From Candidatus Micrarchaeota archaeon (GTDB taxonomy: Archaea; Micrarchaeota; Micrarchaeia; Anstonellales; Bilamarchaeaceae): DNA of 64,000 nt. The notes beneath the pieces are model-generated. The model worked only from the letters and a program-made list of their open reading frames with translations. It was not told the origin of the DNA and did not search any database. Position 1 is the stretch's first letter; each line of letters begins with the position of its first letter. Shown here one piece after another: positions 55,877 through 64,000 of this stretch. Where the stretch lies: assembly GCA_016926175.1 (NCBI GenBank), contig JAFGPA010000009.1, forward strand, positions 54 through 64,053, read 5' to 3'. The position numbers were made by a program, and so were the translations under genes.

Positions 55877-57025
55877 ATGAAGAAAATTCTTTTCGCTATG
55901 GCAATTTTGCTTTTGTTTGGTGCAAGCTATTCTGTCAATGTTGATTTTTATTACGGCCAGGGATGCCCACACTGCGCCTCTACAAAACAATTATTTGATG
56001 CTATTGGAGGAGAATACGGACTGAACCTTAATATCCATGAGATATATTACGATGCTGAAGAGCGATCTGCATATATACAAGAATATCAAAAATTTGGGTA
56101 TGATGTTAATCTGGGCGGAGTTCCAACGTCAATAGTTGAAGGAAAAACCATGATCATAGGGGGTATGGAAGAATCGCAATGGAGATCCCTTTTCGAGGCA
56201 TGCAAAAACAACAGATGCCCCAAAGGAGTCTATTCGTATTATACTTTTAACATTTCAGATGAGCAGGACTATGAACCTCCTGCTCCTCTTCCTGAAGATG
56301 GACACCTGTCAAATCCAGTGGAGGAAAAAGACAGCATAGGAACAGTTACTCTTTCAATTATAATTGGAGCGGCAATAGTTGATTCCGTTAATCCATGTAC
56401 GATCGCAGTAATGATTCTTTTATGCGGGGCCGTACTTTGCTCAAAAGGCAAGAAGGATGCACTTCTTTCCGGATTGATATTTTCGGCAGTAATATTCGTC
56501 ATGTACATGCTTTACGGACTGGGAATAATGAAGGCAATAACATCCTTTGGCCTCACAACCATGTTTTATGGTGTTGTGACTGTCGGTGCCCTTCTCCTTG
56601 CCATTATGGAGCTGAATGCTTATTTCAATTACAAGCCAGGCTTCTTTGCAGTTGAGATGCCCATGTTCCTAAGGCCATATGCAAAAAAGGTAACTTCAAA
56701 TGCCACTTCCCCCACGGCTGTTGCACTGGCGGCCATTCTTTGTTCAATATTTCTCCTTCCATGTTCCTCAGGGCCGTATTTAGTGGTATTGGGAATGATT
56801 GCCAAAGCTGCAACTCTCCAGACATTGTCGTACCTTTTGCTCTATAACTTCTTTTTCGTGCTTCCAATGCTTATGATATCCATTGGGATATATTTCGGAA
56901 AAGCTTCAGTAGAACAGATCGGGGAAGCAAAAGAGAAATACATAAAGCATATCCATCTGTTTTCAGGAATTATCCTGCTGATATTGTTCCTTATCATGCT
57001 TAATCAGATTCTTTTAATTGTCTAA
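55877..57025 (+). CDS. Thioredoxin-fold (CPHC) domain fused to a CcdA/DsbD-type thiol:disulfide transporter membrane domain
   Basis: Signal peptide, YYGQGCPHCAS, then DSVNPCTIAVM and LLPCSSGPY DsbD-family motifs. Confidence 0.8.
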   Translation: MKKILFAMAILLLFGASYSVNVDFYYGQGCPHCASTKQLFDAIGGEYGLNLNIHEIYYDAEERSAYIQEYQKFGYDVNLGGVPTSIVEGKTMIIGGMEESQWRSLFEACKNNRCPKGVYSYYTFNISDEQDYEPPAPLPEDGHLSNPVEEKDSIGTVTLSIIIGAAIVDSVNPCTIAVMILLCGAVLCSKGKKDALLSGLIFSAVIFVMYMLYGLGIMKAITSFGLTTMFYGVVTVGALLLAIMELNAYFNYKPGFFAVEMPMFLRPYAKKVTSNATSPTAVALAAILCSIFLLPCSSGPYLVVLGMIAKAATLQTLSYLLLYNFFFVLPMLMISIGIYFGKASVEQIGEAKEKYIKHIHLFSGIILLILFLIMLNQILLIV

Positions 57026-57065
57026 AGCCATTTCAATCGCAAAGCCGGCAAGGGCATCGTGTTGC

Positions 57066-58229
57066 TTACGCTTCCCTGCGAACCCTGTCTGCGAATGATT
57101 TTATCAGATATGGTGCCATTAGCGTCGAAACAATACATAATATCGTAAGAGATAAGATTATCTCAGGCCCAAGTATGCCAAATTCCAGGCCTATGAATGC
57201 GACTGCAAGTGTTGTTGAGAGTTGGGGCGTTGTTGCAATTCCAACAAGTGCGCTTTGCGCCCTGCTGAAACCTGCAAGCTTCCCTGCAATATACCCACTA
57301 CCGATTTTTGCTACAAATAATGTCACTATCATAGCCAGTGTGAGGAAGCCGGTTTCCTCCACTCTCGACAATGCGCTTATGTCAGTTTTTGAGCCAAGCA
57401 AGACGAAGAATACTGGTATGAAAATTCCATAGCCTATGGCATGAAGCTTCCTTCTGATTTCCTCCCGCTTTATAGATTCGGAGAGCGTCATTCCGGCAAA
57501 GAAGCCTGCGATCATATGATGGAGCCCTATCAAATCAAATATAACAACCGTGAACAGCAGGATTGCGAATATGAAGCGCAGTTCTTTTTCAAACTTGTCC
57601 TTTCTTTTATGCCTGATTCTGCGCATATAAAGCTCCCTCAACTCCTTTATGGCAACATGCAGAAAAAGAAGGAAGATGAATATCACGAGATAGAAAATTG
57701 GCAGTGGTATGGTGCTTGTGGGATTGATGGTCTGCAGAAACATCGAAAGCACTATAAGGCTCAGGACATCTTCTACAAGAGTTGCACCCAGGATGGTTTT
57801 GCCCAGCCTGGTTGAATTCAGCCCGGTTGATTTGAGGGATGGAACGATGGCGGCAACGGAAGATGATATGAAAACTATGCCCATAAGCAGAGCTGTAATC
57901 CAGCCATAGCCGAGAAGGATAAAAAGGGATACGCCGAAAACAAATGGCACAAATCCGTTAAGAAAAGACAGAATGCCTACCCCCCTCTGTATGTCTGCCA
58001 TCGCAGAAAGCTTGATTTCGATGCCAGCCATAAACATCAGGAATACGAAACCTATGCTTCCAATAAACTCCATTGTTGGATCGATAGTCAGTATGCCCAG
58101 CCAGTGCGGGCCTACAATCATGCCGCCTATTATCAGAGTGACAACATATGGCATGTGAATGAATTTGAAAAATTCTGCGAAGAAAAGGCCTGCTCCTAAG
58201 ATGATCAGGAATGTTATAAGCTCGGCCAT
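57066..58229 (-). CDS. Cation:proton antiporter (CPA2 membrane domain)
   Basis: Polytopic membrane protein. Start moved to MAELITFLIILGAG (ATG 58229); the 23 residues upstream in the track ORF look non-genic. Confidence 0.78.
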   Translation of the reverse strand: MAELITFLIILGAGLFFAEFFKFIHMPYVVTLIIGGMIVGPHWLGILTIDPTMEFIGSIGFVFLMFMAGIEIKLSAMADIQRGVGILSFLNGFVPFVFGVSLFILLGYGWITALLMGIVFISSSVAAIVPSLKSTGLNSTRLGKTILGATLVEDVLSLIVLSMFLQTINPTSTIPLPIFYLVIFIFLLFLHVAIKELRELYMRRIRHKRKDKFEKELRFIFAILLFTVVIFDLIGLHHMIAGFFAGMTLSESIKREEIRRKLHAIGYGIFIPVFFVLLGSKTDISALSRVEETGFLTLAMIVTLFVAKIGSGYIAGKLAGFSRAQSALVGIATTPQLSTTLAVAFIGLEFGILGPEIILSLTILCIVSTLMAPYLIKSFADRVRREA

Positions 58230-58601
58230 GGCCGGATAACCCGGGCAACATATATAATGCTTTTTTTGGCTTCGCCAGGCATTTATGAAATATTGCATAA
58301 AAGCACCCTGGCCGCAGTTGTCGAATTTTTTACTGCATAATCATAATCTGAAAGTGTGACTGATTCCGGAAATATCCAAGGAGATCAAGGCATATAAGTT
58401 TCTACTTATGTCAGTGGTTGCTGATACCCTCAAATAAAAGCAGTTCTTCTCGCTCTTGGACCGGACCATAGTTACAAAATGAAGGCCGGACAGTTCCCCG
58501 GGCAATCAGGCACATGCGCACAGAAGCAAAAGATGTGGAAACTTTAACCCTGCTTTATGCTGCAGGCAGAAAGGCCGGATTCCTTAAAAATATTCTGCAT
58601 A

Positions 58602-59576
58602 TCAATGCCCCAGCACATAAGAGAATATCAGCGGCGCAACTATCGTGGCATCGGATTCAATCATAAATCTTGGAGTATCCGGCATGAGTTTGCCCCAGGT
58701 TATCTTTTCGTTCGGAACAGCGCCGGAATAAGAGCCGTAGCTGGTCGTGGAGTCGCTTATCTGGCAGAAATACGACCATGCAGGAACGTTCTCAAGATGT
58801 ACGTCCTGGTTGATTAGCGGAACTGCGCATATTGGAAAATCTCCTGCAATGCCCCCTCCTATCTGGAAGAATCCGATTTTGCCGGATCCGGATTCTTTCT
58901 GGTACCATGAAACAAGTTCCTTCATGTACTCAAGGCCCTCTTTCATAACTTTCATATCCCTGATATTGCCCTTGATATGTTCGGCTACGAAAACATTTCC
59001 AAGAGTGGAATCAGCCCAGCCTGGAACGAATACCGGAATATTCTTTTCACAAGCAGCTATCAGCCAGCTGTTTTTTGGGTCTATGGAATGGTGCTCATCA
59101 AGCTTTCCCGAGCGGATAAGCTGATAAAGGAACTCATGAGGGAACATTCTTTTGCCTTCCTCCTCATTCTTCTTCCATACCGGCAGAAGGAGGCGCTCTA
59201 TTTTCCTCATGGCTTCCTCTTCTGGTATGCAGGTATCGGTTACCCTGTTCAATCCCTTCCTTAATAGCCCGAGTTCCTGATCCGGGGTCAGGTTACGATA
59301 ATCGCGCACCATTACATACTTGTCATGCGCTACTAAGTTGAACAAATCCTCCTCGAGGTTTGCACCTGTTGTTGATATTGCATGTATTTTTTCCTGCCGT
59401 ATCATTTCCGCAAGGCTTATTCCCAGCTCAGCGGTGGACATTGCGCCAGCCATAGCAAGCAATATTTTTCCTCCGTCATCTATATGTTTTCTGTATGCTT
59501 TGGAGGCCTCGAGAAGCTCACCTGCATTAAAGTGCCTATAATTTCTTTCAATGAATTCCGATATACTGCCTTTCAA
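58602..59576 (-). CDS. dys: Deoxyhypusine synthase
   Basis: 324 aa. ILLAMAGAMSTAE, STTGANLEEDL, GGGIAGDF and DATIVAPLI blocks typical of DHS. Confidence 0.9.
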   Translation of the reverse strand: MKGSISEFIERNYRHFNAGELLEASKAYRKHIDDGGKILLAMAGAMSTAELGISLAEMIRQEKIHAISTTGANLEEDLFNLVAHDKYVMVRDYRNLTPDQELGLLRKGLNRVTDTCIPEEEAMRKIERLLLPVWKKNEEEGKRMFPHEFLYQLIRSGKLDEHHSIDPKNSWLIAACEKNIPVFVPGWADSTLGNVFVAEHIKGNIRDMKVMKEGLEYMKELVSWYQKESGSGKIGFFQIGGGIAGDFPICAVPLINQDVHLENVPAWSYFCQISDSTTSYGSYSGAVPNEKITWGKLMPDTPRFMIESDATIVAPLIFSYVLGH

Positions 59577-59914
59577 TAAACAACACCTTTTAATTTTGTA
59601 GATATTCTCTACGCCAACTATTATATTATTTACGAACGCGCGCGTTCTGAAAAAACTTCCTGATGCCTGCCTCTTTACCCACGAAAGGAAACTTCAGGAA
59701 TCTGAGTTCTGCATTTTGAATTTTACAACTACGCCTGTAAAAATACTGCCTTCTGCATGGTTTATATTCCCGGCGCATTATTTCTTAAGCAGGTGAGGAT
59801 CTGGAGATTTCTAAAATCAAACCAACCGTAAAAGGGTTTTTCCTAAAAAACTATCCATTCTGCCTTCCGGCATTTTTAGTTCTTGTCCTTGCAGGTTTCC
59901 TGCTACTGTTACTG

Positions 59915-60289
59915 ATGCCTGCCATAACTGGTGTGTTAGGCTACGCGCTGATTGTTTTGGGCATTCTAACACTGGTACTTCCTTTGATACACGCACATTT
60001 GCACTGCAAGGCTACATCTATTTCATTTGATGACGACAAGCTCGTTCATGAAACCGGAATTCTGAACAACAGAAAAAAGAAAATCCCCGTAAATATGATC
60101 ACTGACTCTTCTTCCAGCAGAACTTTTATAGAAAAATTTCTGGGTACCGGAACACTTAGTATAAGCACCAGCGGAAGCACGGGTTACGAAATGGTATGCG
60201 ACGGGCTTGATTATTCAGAACTTGAAACCCTGCACCAGAAGCTTTATTCCAGAATCAGGATCTTAAAGGCCGAAGAGCAGAAAAAATGA
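59915..60289 (+). CDS. Bacterial-type PH domain (bPH_2 / YdbS-like) membrane protein
   Basis: TM then SISFDDDKLVHETGILNNRKKKIPVNMITD...GTGTLSISTSG. The upstream in-frame sequence encodes another TM but lacks ATG/GTG/TTG. Confidence 0.6.
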   Translation: MPAITGVLGYALIVLGILTLVLPLIHAHLHCKATSISFDDDKLVHETGILNNRKKKIPVNMITDSSSSRTFIEKFLGTGTLSISTSGSTGYEMVCDGLDYSELETLHQKLYSRIRILKAEEQKK

Positions 60290-60467
60290 TTTTGCACAGG
60301 CATTGTTTCAGGTTTTTTCCTGAGTCCGTCAGTCAATCCCCTTCTGAAAGCGGTTTAGACAGCACAAATGATTTTTGGACTTCGTCAGGATTTACCATGG
60401 CTTTTTCTGTCGAGTACCCCGGATTCCCTGCGCTTGTTTTAATAAGGTGCTGCAGCATACCCAATTT

Positions 60468-61268
60468 ATGGAAACAACTTCTGAAACATATGCGGCCATA
60501 GCCAGAGCTGCAAAAGCATTTCTTGTGGACTACGGTTTTTCCGATGAGCAGGCCACAAAGGTTGTCAGAGGATTTGGAAATGATCTGATGGAAGGGGCCG
60601 GATTAGTCTCCGCCCTGCTCGAAAACTTCAAAACTTTTGGTTTTTCAAAGGAGCAGGTGATAGGCCTTCTGTCCAAAAGCCAGTCCATCTCAGTTTACCA
60701 GCTTTCAAAGATCAATATTCAGATACATCTTCTGGCGCAAACAGGATTCCAGAAAGATAAAATCAGAAAAATGATGGCTGACAGCCCAGGAATCATAGGT
60801 TTAACTCACCAGAATATCCAATCCAAGATCGATGTGCTTAAGCATTATGGCTTCAGCCATTCGGATTCAATTGCAGTTTTTACAAAGGCACCTTCGGCCC
60901 TTGGTCTTTCGGAAGATACGCTTAATGCAAAACTTTCTGCGCTTGAATCAGATACTGTATTCCAGAGAAAAAGCCGGGGCCTTCTTTCAGTCGGGTTGAC
61001 AAAAGCCGAAGTGAAAAAAGCGGTTTTGGAATTTCCGGCAGTTCTATGTTTCAGGGAAAATGAAATAAGACGGAAAAAGCGGCTCATGCTCATAATCAGT
61101 GAAGGCGATAGGCAGGATGTTATCGATGCGGGCCGCCGGTGGATGCAGAGCGTGAAAAAAACAGCTGCCAGGTCAAGATTCCTCAAGAACAAGGGCTATT
61201 CCTGTGAAACAAAGCGCGTTTACCTCTCTGCAAAGCAGTTCAAGGATAATTTCGGAAGGTCCCTATAG
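60468..61268 (+). CDS. mTERF-like helical repeat protein
   Basis: Five ~33-aa repeats of the type L..(Y/F)GFS.EQ(V/I)..(L/V)....P..L..S...(L/I)..K(I/L), e.g. FKTFGFSKEQVIGLLSK, LKHYGFSHSDSIAVFTKAPSALGLSEDTLNAKL. Start set to METTSETY. Confidence 0.7.
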   Translation: METTSETYAAIARAAKAFLVDYGFSDEQATKVVRGFGNDLMEGAGLVSALLENFKTFGFSKEQVIGLLSKSQSISVYQLSKINIQIHLLAQTGFQKDKIRKMMADSPGIIGLTHQNIQSKIDVLKHYGFSHSDSIAVFTKAPSALGLSEDTLNAKLSALESDTVFQRKSRGLLSVGLTKAEVKKAVLEFPAVLCFRENEIRRKKRLMLIISEGDRQDVIDAGRRWMQSVKKTAARSRFLKNKGYSCETKRVYLSAKQFKDNFGRSL

Positions 61269-63536
61269 TTTTTCAAAAGCCAGTTTCTGATTTGGGAAAT
61301 AATCCGTGCTTTGGAGCATTCCGGAGTCAAATGCATTTTTCATTCTTGCAATTCCCTTCTCTTTTGAGCTGCTCATGCGGGTCAGAAGAACGCGGTTTTT
61401 CGTTTTTATCGCATACTCCCTGATCACCCAGAGTCTTGCGTGATCCGGTGTTGTCCATCTTTTCTTTGCAAGCAGCTTTTCAAGTTCTGTTGCTGCAATT
61501 TTTTGGCAGTGGCACTGGCTCTTCAGAAAATTCAGTTTGGCATATGTGCTGACAAGATGTAAATCTGCAAAACGAATTGAATGCCTGCCCATGTGATCTG
61601 CATAAAGTCTTGCTCCTAAATCACCGCTATCGCTGAGAATAACGTGTTCTTTTGCAATCAAAAATGAAAAATTATCCTTGAGGCGATACTTGCCGAGCTG
61701 GTCTACAACATGCTGAAGGGAAACCAGGGTACCTGTCTTTCCTTCCATTCTTGCCTTCCATTTATGCGGACTGTCTGTTCTGACATATGTCCAGCTGCGG
61801 ATAAGAACGTCCCTCAGGCTATCGCTTCCTTTTTTTGCATACGTTTCCCTGAGCCGTTGGGCGGTCCTTTTTCTTCCTTTCATTGCCCTTGCATCTGCCA
61901 GCATGAAATAATGCAGTCTGTTTTGCACAAGATCATCTGGCGCAGCAGTTTGTATCATGGCAAAAACATCAGAAAACGACCTCATGTTCGCTACCCAGTT
62001 GTCATAGTGGCGTTTGTCAGTTGTCAGAAGCCATGCCTTTTGCGGGGGAAATGAGGTACCGCATATGCTTTCAATCTCATCCATCCGGAAAAGCAGGCTC
62101 TCGGAGCTGTGCCTTTTTACTCTCATATGGCCGAATACTTTTTCTGCAATGCTTCTGCCGAAACTGCGGGTCAGCCTTGATTTTAGTTCCTCCCCGTTTT
62201 TTTCATCATTTTGAAGTGCATAATAAACCCTGACGCTCTCTTCAAAATCTGCAAGCGATGCATATAGTACTGCTGCAGGGCGGCGGCGTATTATCTCCTT
62301 CCAGTCTGCAGGGTGTTCGGCTTCCAGCTGACTAATCCTATTCAGCGACGTTTTCAGCGAAAGGGTTCGCCGGTTGATCTGTTCCTCCGCCTTTTCCTGG
62401 TCAAAAATCTCCCCGAGTTTCAGATAAAGCCTTTCTTCCAGCTTTTCTCTTTCTTTTTGCACTGCAGGCTGCTTTGCCTTTCTTTTTTTGTACTCTACAA
62501 TCCAATCTGAATATCGTGCCGGAGTTCCTAGAAATGACTGGGGTGCATCAGCGGCAGCTTTCTGCAGTTCTTCAGGGTACTGATTTTGGAATTCAGTTAG
62601 TCTGTCCAGAGTACGTTCAAGAAACCTGTTTTCACTGCATTTGAATGAATAGGCTGCTGCCAGCTCTGAACCTATCAGAGTACCGATCTTTCCCTTGATT
62701 TCAGTTCGAACCACCGGCGAGAGATTTTTTGCCGCATCTTCAAACTCTTCAAATTCCCTTTTCCTGCTGAAAAATGCAGACCAGGGCAGGGAAGCGGAAT
62801 ACTCCCTGCAAATGTGGGGTCTGGTGCGTGCAAGACGTTCAAGTGCAGTTTCAGGGGTAATGGTGTGGAGCCGCATCAGGTAAATCGACAGGAGTTCTCC
62901 GAGTCGTTCTTTTGGTATAAATTCCCGAAGTGCTGCTTCGAGCTCTGCCAACTTTGCTTTGCGGCCTTCTTTTTTTGATTCCAGTTTTTGAATTGTTTTC
63001 ACCTGCGCACGCTGGGCCTGGGGGCGAAGCAGAAAAAAGCCGGGGTCGATTTCCAGTTTTTCTCTGAGTTTGTTGGCCCACGCGTCACCGAATGCGGTTT
63101 TAAAGAGCAAAATCGATTTTTGAATTTCATGCGGATGTATTGCAAGTTTTTTCAATGTCTCGCGGTCCGGTACGAACCCTACCTCCTTCATGCCTGCTTT
63201 TGCATGCGCTCTTGCCTTTGACATCTGCCTCTGAAGCCGTAAAAATTCCCCGAATTCCTTTTCTCCGCTATAAATGCGGGAAGGCGAATGGGCCAGTATG
63301 TAAGCAATGGATTTTTTCCCTGCAGTGCATTTCAATTTATTTACCCGGTTTGCGATGAACTTATAGGAATATCTCTTTTGCTCTATGATCCTGATCAGGT
63401 TTTCTGCAACCTGTCTTGTGAAAAGCGGTTCCAGAAGCTCCCATAATGTTCCTGCCCGCGGTTCGACAAGCGGCGGGGGCAGAGAGCTTTTTTTTGGTGC
63501 ATTGGCAGGCATTTTTTCAGCAGCTACTCTGAGCAT
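61263..63536 (-). CDS. 757-aa basic, helical orphan protein (degenerate repeat N-region, conserved C-terminal module)
   Basis: Long clean ORF. C-terminal ~110 aa are homologous to the upstream neighbour (AATELEKLLAKKRWTTPDHARLWVIREYAIK vs AAITLRKILSKKSWNTRDETKLWIIRNFAIE). Confidence 0.7.
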   Translation of the reverse strand: MLRVAAEKMPANAPKKSSLPPPLVEPRAGTLWELLEPLFTRQVAENLIRIIEQKRYSYKFIANRVNKLKCTAGKKSIAYILAHSPSRIYSGEKEFGEFLRLQRQMSKARAHAKAGMKEVGFVPDRETLKKLAIHPHEIQKSILLFKTAFGDAWANKLREKLEIDPGFFLLRPQAQRAQVKTIQKLESKKEGRKAKLAELEAALREFIPKERLGELLSIYLMRLHTITPETALERLARTRPHICREYSASLPWSAFFSRKREFEEFEDAAKNLSPVVRTEIKGKIGTLIGSELAAAYSFKCSENRFLERTLDRLTEFQNQYPEELQKAAADAPQSFLGTPARYSDWIVEYKKRKAKQPAVQKEREKLEERLYLKLGEIFDQEKAEEQINRRTLSLKTSLNRISQLEAEHPADWKEIIRRRPAAVLYASLADFEESVRVYYALQNDEKNGEELKSRLTRSFGRSIAEKVFGHMRVKRHSSESLLFRMDEIESICGTSFPPQKAWLLTTDKRHYDNWVANMRSFSDVFAMIQTAAPDDLVQNRLHYFMLADARAMKGRKRTAQRLRETYAKKGSDSLRDVLIRSWTYVRTDSPHKWKARMEGKTGTLVSLQHVVDQLGKYRLKDNFSFLIAKEHVILSDSGDLGARLYADHMGRHSIRFADLHLVSTYAKLNFLKSQCHCQKIAATELEKLLAKKRWTTPDHARLWVIREYAIKTKNRVLLTRMSSSKEKGIARMKNAFDSGMLQSTDYFPNQKLAFEKL

Positions 63537-64000
63537 AGTTTCACCATGTGGTTAGCGGAAAGATCCGGATTGTATTCCCGGTGGAGTGGCGGTCCTGACT
63601 GGAAAAGTGACCTTAGCCTCGTCCCGCTCATCAGCAGTTGGAGCTTTGATTCATTCTGTTCTATTGCAAAATTTCTGATGATCCAGAGTTTTGTTTCGTC
63701 CCTGGTGTTCCAGGATTTTTTTGAAAGAATTTTCCTGAGTGTTATTGCTGCGAGTTCTGCCGCCTTCTTTCTGTCCTTTGCAAAAAACAGGCGTAAATGA
63801 AGGCCAAGGAGCGGGGCATCAATCTTTCTTATCTGCTGTTCGCCATTTGCACCCCTTGTTACCCTGATTGCGATGTCATTGTCATTTGACAATGCGATGT
63901 ATGCGGCATTTTCAGGTATGTCCGGTTGATTTGAAATCAGCAGTGGCTGGCGTTTTTTGAGTCTGCAAACAAATCTCATCAGCGGAATGCGGGAAAAGCC
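63524..64000 (-). CDS. Paralog of the 757-aa protein C-terminal module (possibly 5'-truncated by the window edge)
   Basis: The frame remains open from ATG 63979 to nt 64000. 13-nt overlap with the downstream paralog. Confidence 0.55.
   Translation of the reverse strand, partial: GFSRIPLMRFVCRLKKRQPLLISNQPDIPENAAYIALSNDNDIAIRVTRGANGEQQIRKIDAPLLGLHLRLFFAKDRKKAAELAAITLRKILSKKSWNTRDETKLWIIRNFAIEQNESKLQLLMSGTRLRSLFQSGPPLHREYNPDLSANHMVKLCSE

Noticed and set aside
55796-55990. 65-residue N-terminal extension of the DUF134 ORF in the six-frame track.
   Set aside because: The extension runs through the AT-rich divergent promoter and overlaps the start of the plus-strand Trx-CcdA gene. The family-typical N-terminus MTRPKKCR begins at ATG 55795.
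59634-59647. GC-rich palindrome gaacgcgcgcgttc upstream of dys.
   Set aside because: Palindromes with 7-bp arms are expected several times by chance in 64 kb, and nothing else supports a function.
1-64000. Diversity-generating retroelement or other reverse-transcriptase-based system, which is common in small-genome archaea.
   Set aside because: No reverse-transcriptase motifs (YxDD context) were seen in any long ORF, and I noticed no template/variable repeat pair. A systematic repeat search was not possible by eye.

Overview
This is an archaeal chromosomal fragment. The evidence is TFB, aIF1A, aIF2-beta, Topo VI A/B, a RIO kinase, deoxyhypusine synthase and TATA boxes about 25 nt upstream of start codons. 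It probably comes from an anaerobic, uncultivated lineage. About 70 genes are tightly packed, many with 1-4 nt stop/start overlaps. I could not support any rRNA, tRNA, CRISPR array, transposase or integrase.

Housekeeping genes: purL, argS, ahcY, topA, pgk, tfb, top6AB, pcm, uppP, a DEAD-box helicase and dys.

Four less ordinary blocks sit among them:
- (1) 19.9-31.2 kb: a cell-surface island. Its core is an orphan 1580-aa membrane-anchored protein ending in a zinc ribbon, apparently co-transcribed with an 866-aa Cys-rich lipoprotein carrying a split lytic-transglycosylase-like signature. It is preceded by a divergent AAA-wHTH ATPase, a perfect 23-bp palindrome and a Nuc-like PLD nuclease.
- (2) 46.1-50.8 kb: a low-GC cluster of PqqD-like, NTP_transf_5-like, HprK-related kinase and S26-like peptidase genes plus two glycosyltransferases.
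- (3) 52.7-55.8 kb: a gap-free operon of DUF134, DUF5320, two NifX-like proteins and two MinD-ferredoxin ATPases.
- (4) 60.4-64.0 kb: a clear mTERF-repeat protein next to two tandem orphan paralogs.

Smaller oddities include a eukaryote-type DNase I homolog, a HicA-like domain fused to a larger protein and a PurS-PurL fusion.

All family calls are by-eye motif recognition. No database search was run.
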